A stretch of DNA of 64,000 nt, from positions 225,804,001 through 225,868,000 of the forward strand of contig OZ024740.1 in NCBI GenBank assembly GCA_964016885.1, read 5' to 3'. Numbering within the stretch: position 1 is the first letter of the stretch; the number at the start of each line of letters is the position of its first letter. The stretch is from Eledone cirrhosa. Taxonomy: Eukaryota. A program made the translations under genes and the position numbers. Below are positions 1 through 13,454 of this stretch, in pieces. The notes beneath the pieces are model-generated. The model saw only the letters and a program-made list of their open reading frames with translations, had not been told where the DNA came from and did not search any database.

Positions 1-305
1 CATGTCTTGAACATCAGCAATAAATATATATATTATAAAAAACTTATGAAAATAATATAGAAACTTACTCAATAACTAACTAGAAGAATGTGAAACCGCT
101 AATGTACAATACTTCATGTTAATTTCTTTCCCAGCATCTTTTCAGCATTTCTGCAAAATTTGTCTAACATTTATTGCTATTTCCCAGCATTCATGTAACG
201 TTTCTTCAGCATTTTCATTCACGTTATTTAACAACATTGATATATATAGATATAATATTATTCAAAATGTTAATAAATGAAAAATATTCTCATAATCAAA
301 ATATA

Positions 306-368
306 TATTTTATTATACATATTTCAAAGGTACAATGGTGTTTAAGTACGTTTTCATCAGACAAAATA
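306..368 (-). ncRNA. Minimal type I hammerhead ribozyme in a PLE pLTR remnant
   Basis: Minus strand reads TATTTTGT-CTGATGA-aaacgtac[12 nt]gtaccttt-GAAA-TATGTA-TA^ATAAAATA: canonical core with helices I, II and III pairing. Confidence 0.8.
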
Positions 369-1178
369 TAAGATTTGATATGTGACTTACCGCTACGGTT
401 TGGATTATTCACTTCCAGTATTGGCAGTGATTTATTACACCAAATCTCAACGTTTTTATACCACAAATAATATGATAAACTTAAAGAAGAAAGGACGTAG
501 AGCAAGGTAGAAATATAGAAGAAGAAACGGCAAGAAATAAAAAAAAACAAATAAATAAATAAATAAATGAATAAATAAATAAATAAATAGATAAATGAAT
601 GAATAAAAGAAGAAAAAAAGATATAACAAAAAAGAGGAAGAAAAACAAAAGAAAGGGAAGATGTGGGGATAATAAAGAGAAAACGAAGGAGAATAAAAAA
701 AACAAAGAAAGGAAAAGGAAAATATGAAATAGGGGGAGAATAAAAAAACCGTTGTATTCAAATGCTAGATAAAATAAGAAATCAAAAATCTATTCACATA
801 TATCAATCAATATCGCTTGTATTGGATTACGCTTTAGCTAATTATACTTTTATATTATATCCAGATTATTAGGTATAGATTACTTTCTATAGCAATCAAA
901 TATTTAAGTTAATTGAACATTTATATAATTTAATTTAGCTCATTCTAGATTATTATAATTTTTAATTTTAAGGTAAGATATTCTATTAATATTTTACTAC
1001 TTTAAAATAATTAATCTTTAAAGCCTAATTAAATAATTATTAAATATGTATTAACATTTGGAATAATATTAAATACTCCGGGAAAACTGTCGAGTGCTTC
1101 TAATCTATTGTAAAATTGTATTCGTTGATTAATCAACGAAACCATATTAATCTTTGGTTATATATATATATATATATA

Positions 1179-1420
1179 TGAGGGGATCTGTCCAAATGAC
1201 AACAAGGCATTCAATTACCTCTGAGTCAAAAACAGAGAAAACACATTTCTTAATTCTCGGAGTTATCCCTCCCCGTTTCTTCCTAATTATTATGCAATTA
1301 TACACATGGTGATGTCACTAGGTTCACGCGTAACATAGCCACTGAAATGTGCATAGTGTTTGCAGTAATAAAAGTTTAAAGAAATACAACTTGTCCGACC
1401 TGCTGTCATTGCACCCTATA
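1179..1420 (+). mobile_element. Candidate solo LTR inserted in (TA)n
   Basis: Starts TGAGGGG, ends CCCTATA (imperfect inverted termini), AATAAA at 1367-1372, (TA)n on both sides. Shares GATCTGTCCA near its start with the 60222 element. Confidence 0.4.
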
Positions 1421-1437
1421 ATATATATATATATATA

Positions 1438-1724
1438 TACAATATTAAATAAATGGAAAACTATATTTATAAAACCATATTTATTTCATTATATATATTT
1501 CGGGGATATCATATTAACATGTTTATATTGTATTTTGTCTGATGAAGGCATAGCATATTGTCAATATGATATCCCCGAAATATATATAATGAAATAAATA
1601 TGGTTTTATAAATATAGTTTTCCATTTATTTAATATTGTAAATATACTCCAAATATTTGTCGAGTGCTTTTATATCAGTTATAAATATTTACTAGTTGTA
1701 ACCCAACAATTTTAAATATAACTT

Positions 1725-1727
<3 letters not shown>
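1438..1727 (+). mobile_element. ORF-less PLE pLTR with inverted duplication (arms 1438-1515 and 1563-1640)
   Basis: 78-bp inverted repeat, internal HHR, (TA)n on both flanks. Confidence 0.7.
1531..1596 (+). ncRNA. Minimal type I hammerhead ribozyme
   Basis: TATTTTGT-CTGATGA-aggcatagcatattgtcaatatgatatcccc-GAAA-TATATA-TA^ATGAAATA; long helix II hairpin and palindromic helix III. Confidence 0.8.
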
Positions 1728-1778
<51 letters not shown>

Positions 1779-1884
1779 GATGTACATATACACAAACTAG
1801 ACAAGGTCACAGATATATATGTTTTGGCAACCATTCACGATGTGGCTCAATGATGAATTAATAAATTAAATAATCAGAGCAATA

Positions 1885-2361
1885 TACTATAAAGTATGTC
1901 CATAGAATCATTTGATAATATATATACACAATTTCCTCCCCGAATTAGCATAATTAACCACACAAAAAAAAAACAATTAGACCAAGCTATAAGATTAAAA
2001 GGCACCTATGAAGAAATAGTAGCAACTATACACAATTAGGTATAAAATTAAAGTTAGAAGAAAAAATGCAAATCCTGGTATGTGTATATGCATTTTTTCT
2101 TCTAACTTTAATTTTATACCTAATTGTGTATGGTTGACGGTATATTTAATCGATTTCCACGTGCTATTGAAATGTTAGGTAAATATTCTATAACTGTTGG
2201 TCGCGAATAGATTGGTGTCGTTTATTTATCTGCTATTTCTTCATAGGTGCCTTTTAATCTTATAGCCTAGTCTAATTGTTTTTTTGTGTGGTTAATTATG
2301 CTAATTGGGAGAGGAAATGGTGTATATATATTATCAAATGTTTCTATAGATATACTTTATA

Positions 2362-2364
<3 letters not shown>
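1885..2364. repeat. Long inverted repeat (1885-2070 and 2089-2364) with ~95 bp extra in the right arm
   Basis: Arms are reverse complements with a few substitutions; (TA)n follows the right arm. Confidence 0.85.
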
Positions 2365-2439
<75 letters not shown>

Positions 2440-2517
2440 TCACTCTGGATCTTCTTAAACATTGATTACTCCAAATATTACTCCCCGGTATCAGCACCCA
2501 AGACTCTCTCTCTCTCT

Positions 2518-2558
<41 letters not shown>

Positions 2559-3021
2559 TCTCTCTTCCTCTCTCTCTCTCTCTCTCTCAGACCGGTAGTT
2601 TTCCTTTGGAACAGATAATGCCATAAAGTTCTGGATAGTCTCCACTAGAACATAGATGTGTTTCTATACGACCTATTCTACATAAAATGTTGTTCAAACG
2701 TATATGTCCTATTCCACACTAGCAAATAACTTGTCTACCAGTTATACCGCGGTTTCCGGCGTTTCGAGTTTCGTCATTTTCGATGTTACGGTTGTTTATC
2801 TTATGGCAGAAATATACCATGTTATGTCGATTGACTCAACTTTACTTTATATTAAACCATAGAAACACTAAAAAAAGTAATAAGAAGTATATAAAATCAC
2901 ATTTAACTAAATGCTAAATTATACAGCATAAAGTACTGTAGGTAATGCCTATTAGTTGTTTATATAGGGTTAATTCGACATTCGTCATTTTCGACTTAAG
3001 TATTGACTTCTGGAAAAATAT

Positions 3022-3091
3022 TAATTGTTTCTACATTTGGCACAAGGCCAGCAATTATCCCAGTGTATAACTGGTGCTTTATTTTATCGAC
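3022..3091 (-). mobile_element. 3' fragment of Meta-domain tRNA SINE (family A)
   Basis: Matches the 3' part of the full copies at 20302, 24781 and 45737. Confidence 0.75.
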
Positions 3092-3289
3092 GTAGGATTA
3101 GTTATGCCGGTATATACGACGCACTGTTAGAGTATCAGTAAATTCCATTCACAAATTCTTAGTCAACACTAGATTAGAAGTCAGGTGGCCAAAGTGCTGC
3201 GCAGCTACATGGTTGCAAAGCAAACCCCTTGACCATACAGCCATGACTGCAACAAATCTTTATGCATGCATGCCTCCACGGTCTCGTAA

Positions 3290-3575
3290 GTCCTGAGAGC
3301 ACCGTAATAACAAGCGGCGTTTCTAGAGCATTTTTAAAACTTGGCGGAGCCAAATCCTCTCCAGGTCTGAATGCAGCAGATTTCTTCCCAGGAAGGAGAG
3401 AGAGAATGGAAGTGATTAAGAATATCGACCCTTGTACTAGACTGGTACTTTTTATCGACCTTGAATGGATAAAAGACAAATTTGACCTTGGTGGGATTTG
3501 AACTCAGCAGAGAGCCGAAGTGAATACTGCAAATTAGTCTATCCGATATTCTAACGGCTTTGTTAATTTGCTGCC
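3290..3575 (-). mobile_element. Older Meta-domain SINE with alternative 3' tail (family B)
   Basis: B-box GAGTTCAAATCC, Meta-like core TTTTATCCATTCAAGGTCGATAAA, tail TCTGCTGCATTCAGACCTGGAGAGGATT shared with 5200, 6165 and 29200. Confidence 0.7.
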
Positions 3576-4799
3576 TACATATCTTTTTATGTATTTATAA
3601 ATTACATTGTAGAAGAAAAAAGGAGAATACTCATAGGCTCTTTAGTCATTCCCAGACCGGCGACGTTGATGCAAATTATAATTACTTTGAACTTCTGTAT
3701 GTTGATGCCTTTAGAGATGGTTTTCCAGTTCGTTGTTGATAGAGGTGGATTGTAGATAATTGTGTGCAAAATTTAATTTGATGGTTTGTTGGGTGTGTCA
3801 TATTAACCTTTAAAATCTTGGCCCTCTTTTTATGTGTTACCCCAACGCTGTGCTTTTGTATGTAAATCACTGAACAAATGATATTCTTCAAATAACCCCA
3901 AAACCAAAAGATAATATATGTGAGAAATTGAGAATAATCAATATTTTACTGAAGAAATCCTGCTAAAATAATGTAAAACAACCACGTTTGTGTGCTCAAA
4001 GATGTGGAAATTACAGTAGTAAACAGGTGTGTGCAATAAAATGAAATATAGACTGATAGTATAATGGATCATCGCCAGCAAGCGCATATCAGTTTGGAGG
4101 ATTAAGTATATCGAGAGGAGAACAAGATGCAATTGGTGAGCCTTTAGTATGTTTTTCTTTAGTGGTTAGCTGAAGGTACAGGAAAAAGTGAGAAAGCTCC
4201 AGTCGGCTAAATAAGGCAAAGTGTTGTGTGGTTATTCGGATCTCTGTAGCATTAGTACGTAGGAATATTTTGTCACCTAAAATGCATCATCATTATCATC
4301 ACCATCATCGTCATCATTATCATTATCATTATCATCACCATCATTTTTACGTCTGTATTTTTTTTTACTTGTTGCCTAGCTTTTTTTAGGTTCCTTTTCC
4401 CAAGTAAGTTACTGACCTTCACACCATGCAAATTTGAGCTGCAGGGCATCTGTATATGCATGACATAAACAAACGCCATCGGTTACAGTCTCAAATTGAA
4501 AGTGAAAAGACGATGACAAGCACACACACACACACACATACACACAAACACACACACTAACATATGTGTATGTGTGTGTTTGTGTGTGTGGCAATTATTA
4601 TACAATTTCCGTCTTTCAAATTCCATCATAAAGCATTAATCCGCCCAAGGCTATGTTAGGACACAGTTACGTAATCAGATATGTCCCCCAAGTGAATATT
4701 ACAGGTAGCTTTGTCAGATTTTTTTCATTCTTTCTCTGCCAAATCTGAAAGCCAGTGAATTTGCTGAAACTTTAAGGTCATACAGAATAACTTGAAATA

Positions 4800-4980
4800 T
4801 TCTTTTTTTTTTCTTGTTTTTGCTCTCTATATTCTGAGTTCAAATTCTGCTGAGGTCAACTCTGCTTTTTATCAATATGTGATTGATAAAATAAAATACG
4901 AGTTGGCTACTCGATTCAATTTAATTAACAAAACTCTCCCCGCCAAATTGTTACGTCTGTGTCTGTCTTAGAAACAATTA
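4800..4980 (+). mobile_element. Degenerate Meta-domain SINE
   Basis: CTGAGTTCAAATTCTGCTGAGGTCAACTCTGCTTTT...GATAAAATAAAATAC...TTAGAAACAATT. Confidence 0.6.
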
Positions 4981-5199
4981 TTTCTGTCAAATATTAGGCG
5001 AATAACATTAGAAAACTCAACCAAAAGACAAAACAAATGATGAAAGTAAGTTTCATCCACATTTTCACTTTCATATTTTGGTGGTGTCAATCTATAGGGT
5101 TCACGATTTGGATGACATGTCTCTGTTTTTTTTTGTTGATTTTTTTTAGCAGAATGAAATAAACCTCATATGTATGTATATTATTTGTTTATGGACCCA

Positions 5200-5440
5200 T
5201 AACTTATGGTAGTCGTAGGGGCACCGTGGAGATTTATACGGCATTTCTTTTTTAGACTTTAAACCTGACAAAAATCCACCACCTCTGCAGATCTGAATAT
5301 AGCCAGTTTCTACAGGAGAAGTTGAGTAAGTGATAGAGAAGAAATAATAAAGATATATAGATGAAGTATCGATCATTGGATTTATACATTTTCTTAACGA
5401 ATTCTGAAGGATGAAAGGCAAAGTTGACCTCGCTAATGCA
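5200..5440 (-). mobile_element. Degenerate family B SINE
   Basis: GAAGGATGAAAGGCAAAGTTGACCTCG core plus a decayed family B tail. Confidence 0.55.
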
Positions 5441-5897
5441 TATTAATTTTGCAAATGATAAAACATTTGGCAAGATTTAGTAAAATGAGTAACTATTTTA
5501 TTATTTAATTGTTCTTTTAGAAATAGGTTTTTTACATAAAATTGCGGTGGAAAATTTTAATTTAAATATGAAGGTTTTTCTATTTTAGAACCAAAGGTGG
5601 TCTCAGGTGAGTGGGTATCAATGTTTAATTCTCCTCGATGCAGGTAGTTTTAATTAAAATGTTCTTGCTTGCCATTTTAATGCCATGTTAATGCTTAGTT
5701 TAGACATTGTCATTATATTTCCACAACATTGGTTGTCAAGTTTAATTTAATTAGTAGTTAATATTTCATTTTAACTTTAGGCATATTCAACAGTATATTT
5801 TATTATTTTCATTAGTTTCACATCAAATTTGTATGCTACGAATTGTAAAATAGATGACCATTATTAATGTGTTTACTAATAGTCATCTATTTTACAA

Positions 5898-6090
5898 GGG
5901 CGGTGGAGTGGCAGTATCGGTAGAGGAGCGGACGCCATGCTTTGACGCATAGAGTTACGCCCCCTTGCCATTCAGTGTTCGAATCTGCCGAGGTTAACTT
6001 TGCCTTTCATCCTTACGGGGTCGATAAAATAAAGTAATAGTAATTTACTGGGTAATTGCTGGCCTTGTGCCAAAAAGTAGAAACAATTGT
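5898..6090 (+). mobile_element. Meta-domain tRNA SINE (family A), full length
   Basis: A-box TGGCAGTATCGG, B-box GTTCGAATC, core TTTGCCTTTCATCCTTACGGGGTCGATAAAATAAAGTA, tail GTAGAAACAAT. Confidence 0.85.
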
Positions 6091-6164
6091 TAATGTGTTT
6101 ACCTCTTTGTCGAAGTAGACAATGAAGATGCAAGTAGACAAGTATATGCATGCATGATCCCATA

Positions 6165-6396
6165 ACTAGGGGAGGCAAAGGTGCATCGTACTGACATACG
6201 ACTTTTCATGCGCATTTTTAACCCTGGCGGACCCCAATCCTCTCCAGGTCTGGATGCAGCAGATTTCTTCCAGAGAAGGTAGAGAGAGGGAGGGAATGGA
6301 TGGGAGAAAGAGATATAGAGAAAGAATCGAGCTCAGTACTAGACTGGTACTTGTTTTATCGACCTTGAATGGATGAAAGGCAAAGTTGACCTCGGC
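6165..6396 (-). mobile_element. Family B SINE fragment
   Basis: Meta core plus the family B tail seen at 3290. Confidence 0.7.
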
Positions 6397-7275
6397 ACAA
6401 AGGTATATGAAAAGATGTAATTCATAGGACCAGACTTGTCACACACTGTGTGTGTCATGCTGAATCTTCCAGAGAATTAGGAGTAGATGTTTCAATGGAA
6501 TACTTAGCCACTTTCATGATAATTATATGTATGCAATTTCTTTGAGCAAACAACTAGAATCCATATCACATAATTAGATAATAGCGCGTCATTATCATTA
6601 TCTTCTATCCACACACACATACACACATATATATGTGAGCTTGAATTAGAGTATGTGAGCATGAAATGTGGATAGAAGATAATGATAATGACCTGCTATT
6701 GTCTAATTCTGTCAGCAATTAAATGTATTAAGCTAAAATTTGATTGTTTTATATTTTGTATATATATTAGCAGTCACTCTCTCTGTTAGCCTCTTCCTCA
6801 CCCTTCACTCACTCATTCTCTGTTACTACCTCTCCTCCTCCACCTTCTTCCCGTTTGACCTGTGCGTAATTCTTTTCTTTCGCACCCTTGGTCTAGCAGG
6901 TCGTTTTTTTTCTCTCTCTCGTCTACGATTTCACAGAACTTACGTTCACCGAAATCACAGACTAGACCTCTTCTTCCTCCCGTTAGGCCTGTACGGAATT
7001 CCTTCCTTGCTTACATTCCAACCAGGTTTGATGGTCTTTATTCTCTCTCGTTCACGATTTCACCGAATTTAAATTCATAGAAATTTGGGACTTGACTCCT
7101 TCTTCCTCACTTTTCGTTGCTTCACCATTTTTGTTTGTTTACACTCGTGTCCCCTTTATTTACGTGTCCCAACGACTTTTTTAAGCCGTTGCTCGCACCA
7201 ACCGGAGGTATATGGTCTTTAAAGCGATGAAATACCAATGATGATTGGATGATCACCAATTAAGGACTAACTTTA

Positions 7276-7423
<148 letters not shown>

Positions 7424-8054
7424 TTGAAGAACTGTGCTATTGAAGAGGTTGGCGCGGGTGGTGTTGTCCAACCTCCCCTTGAGCACATCCCTTATGCCGT
7501 TGAACGGCTTCCATCCGGCCCTTACTCTCCGCGAGATCTCCCTTTCAATGTCTCGGCATATGTTCACTTCTTGTCCTAGGTAGACGTATTCCTCCACCTC
7601 CTCTATTTCATCACCGCCAACCCCCATTCGACCTACAATGTTATATGGCAGTGAAACCTGGGCTACAACGAAGAGAGAAGAGCAGAGGCTGGTAACGGCT
7701 CAAAGAACCATTGAGAGATCAATGCTAGGAATCTCGTTGAGAGAGCACATCAGGAGCGAAGTCATCGGACAGAGGTCCGGCGGGAGGGACGTCTTCACAG
7801 AATATATGCGCAGCAAGTTCAGATGGGCTGGACACGTGGCCCGGTTCACCCATTATCCGTGGACCCGCGCAGTTGCCGAGTGGTACCCGCGCGAGCGTAA
7901 ACCACCATTCGGAAGGCCTCCACCAAGGTGGAGTTACGATTTTAGGAATATTATTGGGACTACATGAATGAGGAAAGCACTACATGAGAGAGGAATAGAC
8001 GGCGTGCTGTGACCAGTGGCGTTGAATGGACGCCCGACAGACTGGTCGTTCAAG

Positions 8055-8058
<4 letters not shown>
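7424..8058 (+). mobile_element. 5'-truncated RTE-clade LINE with inverted 5' segment (7424-7635 minus, 7636-8058 plus)
   Basis: Minus piece encodes EEYVYLGQ...ANLFNSTVL; plus piece continues MLYGSETW...KFRWAGHVAR...GRPPPRW, typical RTE C-terminal motifs. (TA)n on both sides. Confidence 0.9.
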
Positions 8059-8115
<57 letters not shown>

Positions 8116-8143
8116 ATGTGTATGTGTGTGTGTGTGTGTATAG

Positions 8144-10477
<2,334 letters not shown>

Positions 10478-10480
<3 letters not shown>

Positions 10481-10750
10481 GGAGGTGAGTTTTATTGTAG
10501 TACAATAAAGCAATGCAGATATCGGATAAGTAGCACTCTACAATTTGTAGGACTGGAGTATAGATAATAATATATATAATATATATAATAATATATATGT
10601 TGATTTAAAACTGCACTATTCACAAGTGTGTTTTAACCTTCATATCATGTCTCCCTATTTTATCTGATGAAAACGCAAATGTTATTGCATGATGATATTT
10701 GTTTTTGAAATGCGCATAATAAAATACATGGAACTCTTTTAACTATCTTT

Positions 10751-10753
<3 letters not shown>
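10478..10753. mobile_element. Deletion derivative of the head-to-head HHR element at 40755-41720
   Basis: 10478-10570 matches 40755-40845 and 10598-10753 matches ~41555-41713, in the same relative orientation. Confidence 0.8.
10656..10726 (+). ncRNA. Minimal type I hammerhead ribozyme
   Basis: TATTTTAT-CTGATGA-long helix II-GAAA-TGCGCA-TA^ATAAAATA. Confidence 0.85.
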
Positions 10754-10791
<38 letters not shown>

Positions 10792-10977
10792 TCAAATTTC
10801 AGCCTAATACATTTAATTGCTGACGATTGTTTCTTCCAGACAATTGTCTGGAAATCATATATATATATATATATCGTATTCTAAACCCTTAAATGAGCGT
10901 AAAACAATCAACTAATTAACTACCTACCTCTCACTGCTGTCTTTTTCCATTGTTCTATGCACATACAGACACCCACC

Positions 10978-11032
<55 letters not shown>

Positions 11033-11087
11033 CGGCGATGAATTAGTTTTGCGAGGTTTTTTATATGAAATCGTGTGTCGAAACAGA

Positions 11088-11677
11088 TATTGTTATATTT
11101 GGGGAGGGTCATATTTGCGTAATATTGCCAGAATTAATAACAGAACACACTCACTGTTTGGTTGGTTTTCGCTTCTCGCTGTCTTTTATATATATATATC
11201 TGCGATCTAACTTACTCGGTCCTCAATGTTGCCATTGACTGACCGGCGGTCAAAAATAATACAGATACAATATAGACACAAACACATATATATAGTTTAC
11301 ATAATTTACATAAATCTTTCGTTGCACATCTGCAACATCGTCAGTGGTGTTATATTCATTGTTCCTCCTGTTGTGTTGTATGTCTACGCCATTTTTTTTG
11401 TTCAGTCTGTCTATATATTTATTTATTTATTTGCTTGTTTGTTTATAAATCGAAAGATTTATGTAAATTATGTAAACTATATATATGTGTTTGTGTCTAT
11501 ATTGTATCTGTATTATTTTTGACCGCCGGTCAGTCAATGGCAACATTGAGGACCGAGTAAGTTAGATCGCAGATATATATATATAAAAGACAGCGAGAAG
11601 CGAAAACCAACCAAACAGTGAGTGTGTTCTGTTATTAATTCTGGCAATATTACGCAAATATGACCCTCCCCAAATAT

Positions 11678-11683
<6 letters not shown>
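11088..11683. mobile_element. Second copy of the 8429 pLTR (11088-11445) plus an inverted partial copy (11451-11683)
   Basis: Near-identical sequence; the inverted copy begins at CGAAAG of the HHR core. Confidence 0.88.
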
Positions 11684-11763
<80 letters not shown>

Positions 11764-12619
11764 TCTTGTGTGTGAGCATGAATCATGTGTGTTTTCGAAA
11801 TATGTGTGTCTGGTGAATGAATCATTTAGGTAAGGACTATCAACTCAAACGTTAGCACTGAGTATACAGATAGACTTTAACAATTTCCATTACGCCAAAC
11901 AAAATTGATTTAATTCAAATACCCCTTTCAAAGAGTATATTCTATCAGCATAATTTGATCAAAAATTATACATTGAATTTTTTTAATTTAATATTTTATT
12001 CTATTTTATTTAAACGTTTATTTTTATTAACAAAAGTGGTGAGCACTACTAATTTATATTCGTTGCAATTATTACTCTACTACACCATTGTCCTTCATTG
12101 CCCTACATAAGTTTCGCAGCACCATAAAGGGGCCAGCAACCCCCACTTTGGTAACCACTGTTCTATACATTTTTACTGAATCAAACCACATTGAGTTACG
12201 TTATCGGTTTGTATCACAAAAGAAAAAGCGAAATGTACAAATAAATGCAGGTATGGCTGATCTCCTCCATAATATCGGAAAGACAGCGCACTCCCCACCC
12301 CGTCTGAGGAAGAAGCCCTATGAGAGGGGTGTATGATGCATCAGGTGTCGCTGGTCATTGTCCCCAGAAATACCATTGTATCCGCGGAAACACATCTCTG
12401 GCCGAAACACATCTCTGGCCTCTGTGTAGTGCCTGTCACCTTCTACACTTCACCCCTCCCTTCTTCCGTTGCACTCCTTGCTCTTTCACTCTTTTTTCCT
12501 CTCTGCTTTCTTTTTCTGTATGTTTGACTAAATAGTAAATTCTTTATTATATGTATGTAATTTGCAAACAAAATAATTGTCACAATATATATGAATATAT
12601 ATATATATATATATATATA

Positions 12620-13055
12620 TAGGAGGAAGTTATAGTTCACTTGAAGCACTGTGTAATGAGGTATAAACGTTTGTATATGTATAATAAAGCCAAAACAACG
12701 CAGGTATGGACATAGAATAAAGAATGCAGATGCAAAAGATATTGTTGACAATTAGTCTTTTATCTTAGATTTATTTAAATGTCCTTAATTTTCGAGATAA
12801 TATCTCTTCTTCGGAGGGAAGTAAAGCGGTTAAACCAGTGTTCTAAATAGCTTGCCAAGTCATGCTTGGCCAGCTATTTAGAACACTGGTTTAACCGCTT
12901 TACTTCCCTCCGAAGAAGAGATATTATCTCGAAAATTAAGGACATTTAAATAAATCTCAGGTAAAAGACTAATTGTCAACAATATCTGTTGCATTTGCAT
13001 TCTTTATTCTATGCCCATACCTGCGTTGTTTTGGCTTTATTATACATATACAAAC
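12620..13055. mobile_element. ORF-less palindromic pLTR (arms 12669-12859 and 12865-13055) with HHR-like motifs at 12906-12942 (+) and 12782-12818 (-)
   Basis: ~190-bp arms; CCCT-CCGAAGA-a-gagat[att]atctc-GAAA-AT-TA^AGGA; (TA)n flanks. Confidence 0.7.
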
Positions 13056-13454
13056 ATATATATATATAGCTTCATGCATATTCATAGTTGTATACAGATA
13101 TGTATTGCAATTTCGTATTTCTAAAGAAATACGGTATGTTTACGGAGAAACATAGAAATTCTATTTTATTATAGGTTGAGCCAACTTATGCAGCTTCATA
13201 TGTAAATGAGAATAATCACCTCTTTTACACAGACGAGAAAACCAGATATTCTCGCCTGCTTTCAAGTCCAGCGGTCGCAAGAGTTGAGGGGGGGGGGGGT
13301 CGTCCTGATGCGTACCAGTTAAGGTCAAAATGCATCGAGATTGTCCCCCTTGCTTCTCTGGATGCCACCAGAGGACGATAGCCCCGGTGTTTTGCATAGC
13401 AACGGCTTTCTAAATCTTTATTCGTAAACATACGTATTATATATATATATATCA

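Noticed and set aside
2740-3010. Decayed MITE with repeated TTCGTCATTTTCGA; also TTAACCCTT-type ends at ~5635 and ~25660
   Set aside because: Matching second TIRs could not be identified, so boundaries are unsupported.
3640-4270. Possible host exon or coding remnant
   Set aside because: Frequent stops in the frames examined and no recognisable motif or splice pattern; perhaps an ancient LINE remnant.
12300-12425. CTGAGGA...GAAACACATCTCTGGCC with a 17-bp tandem duplication as an HHR
   Set aside because: Could not form consistent helices I-III.
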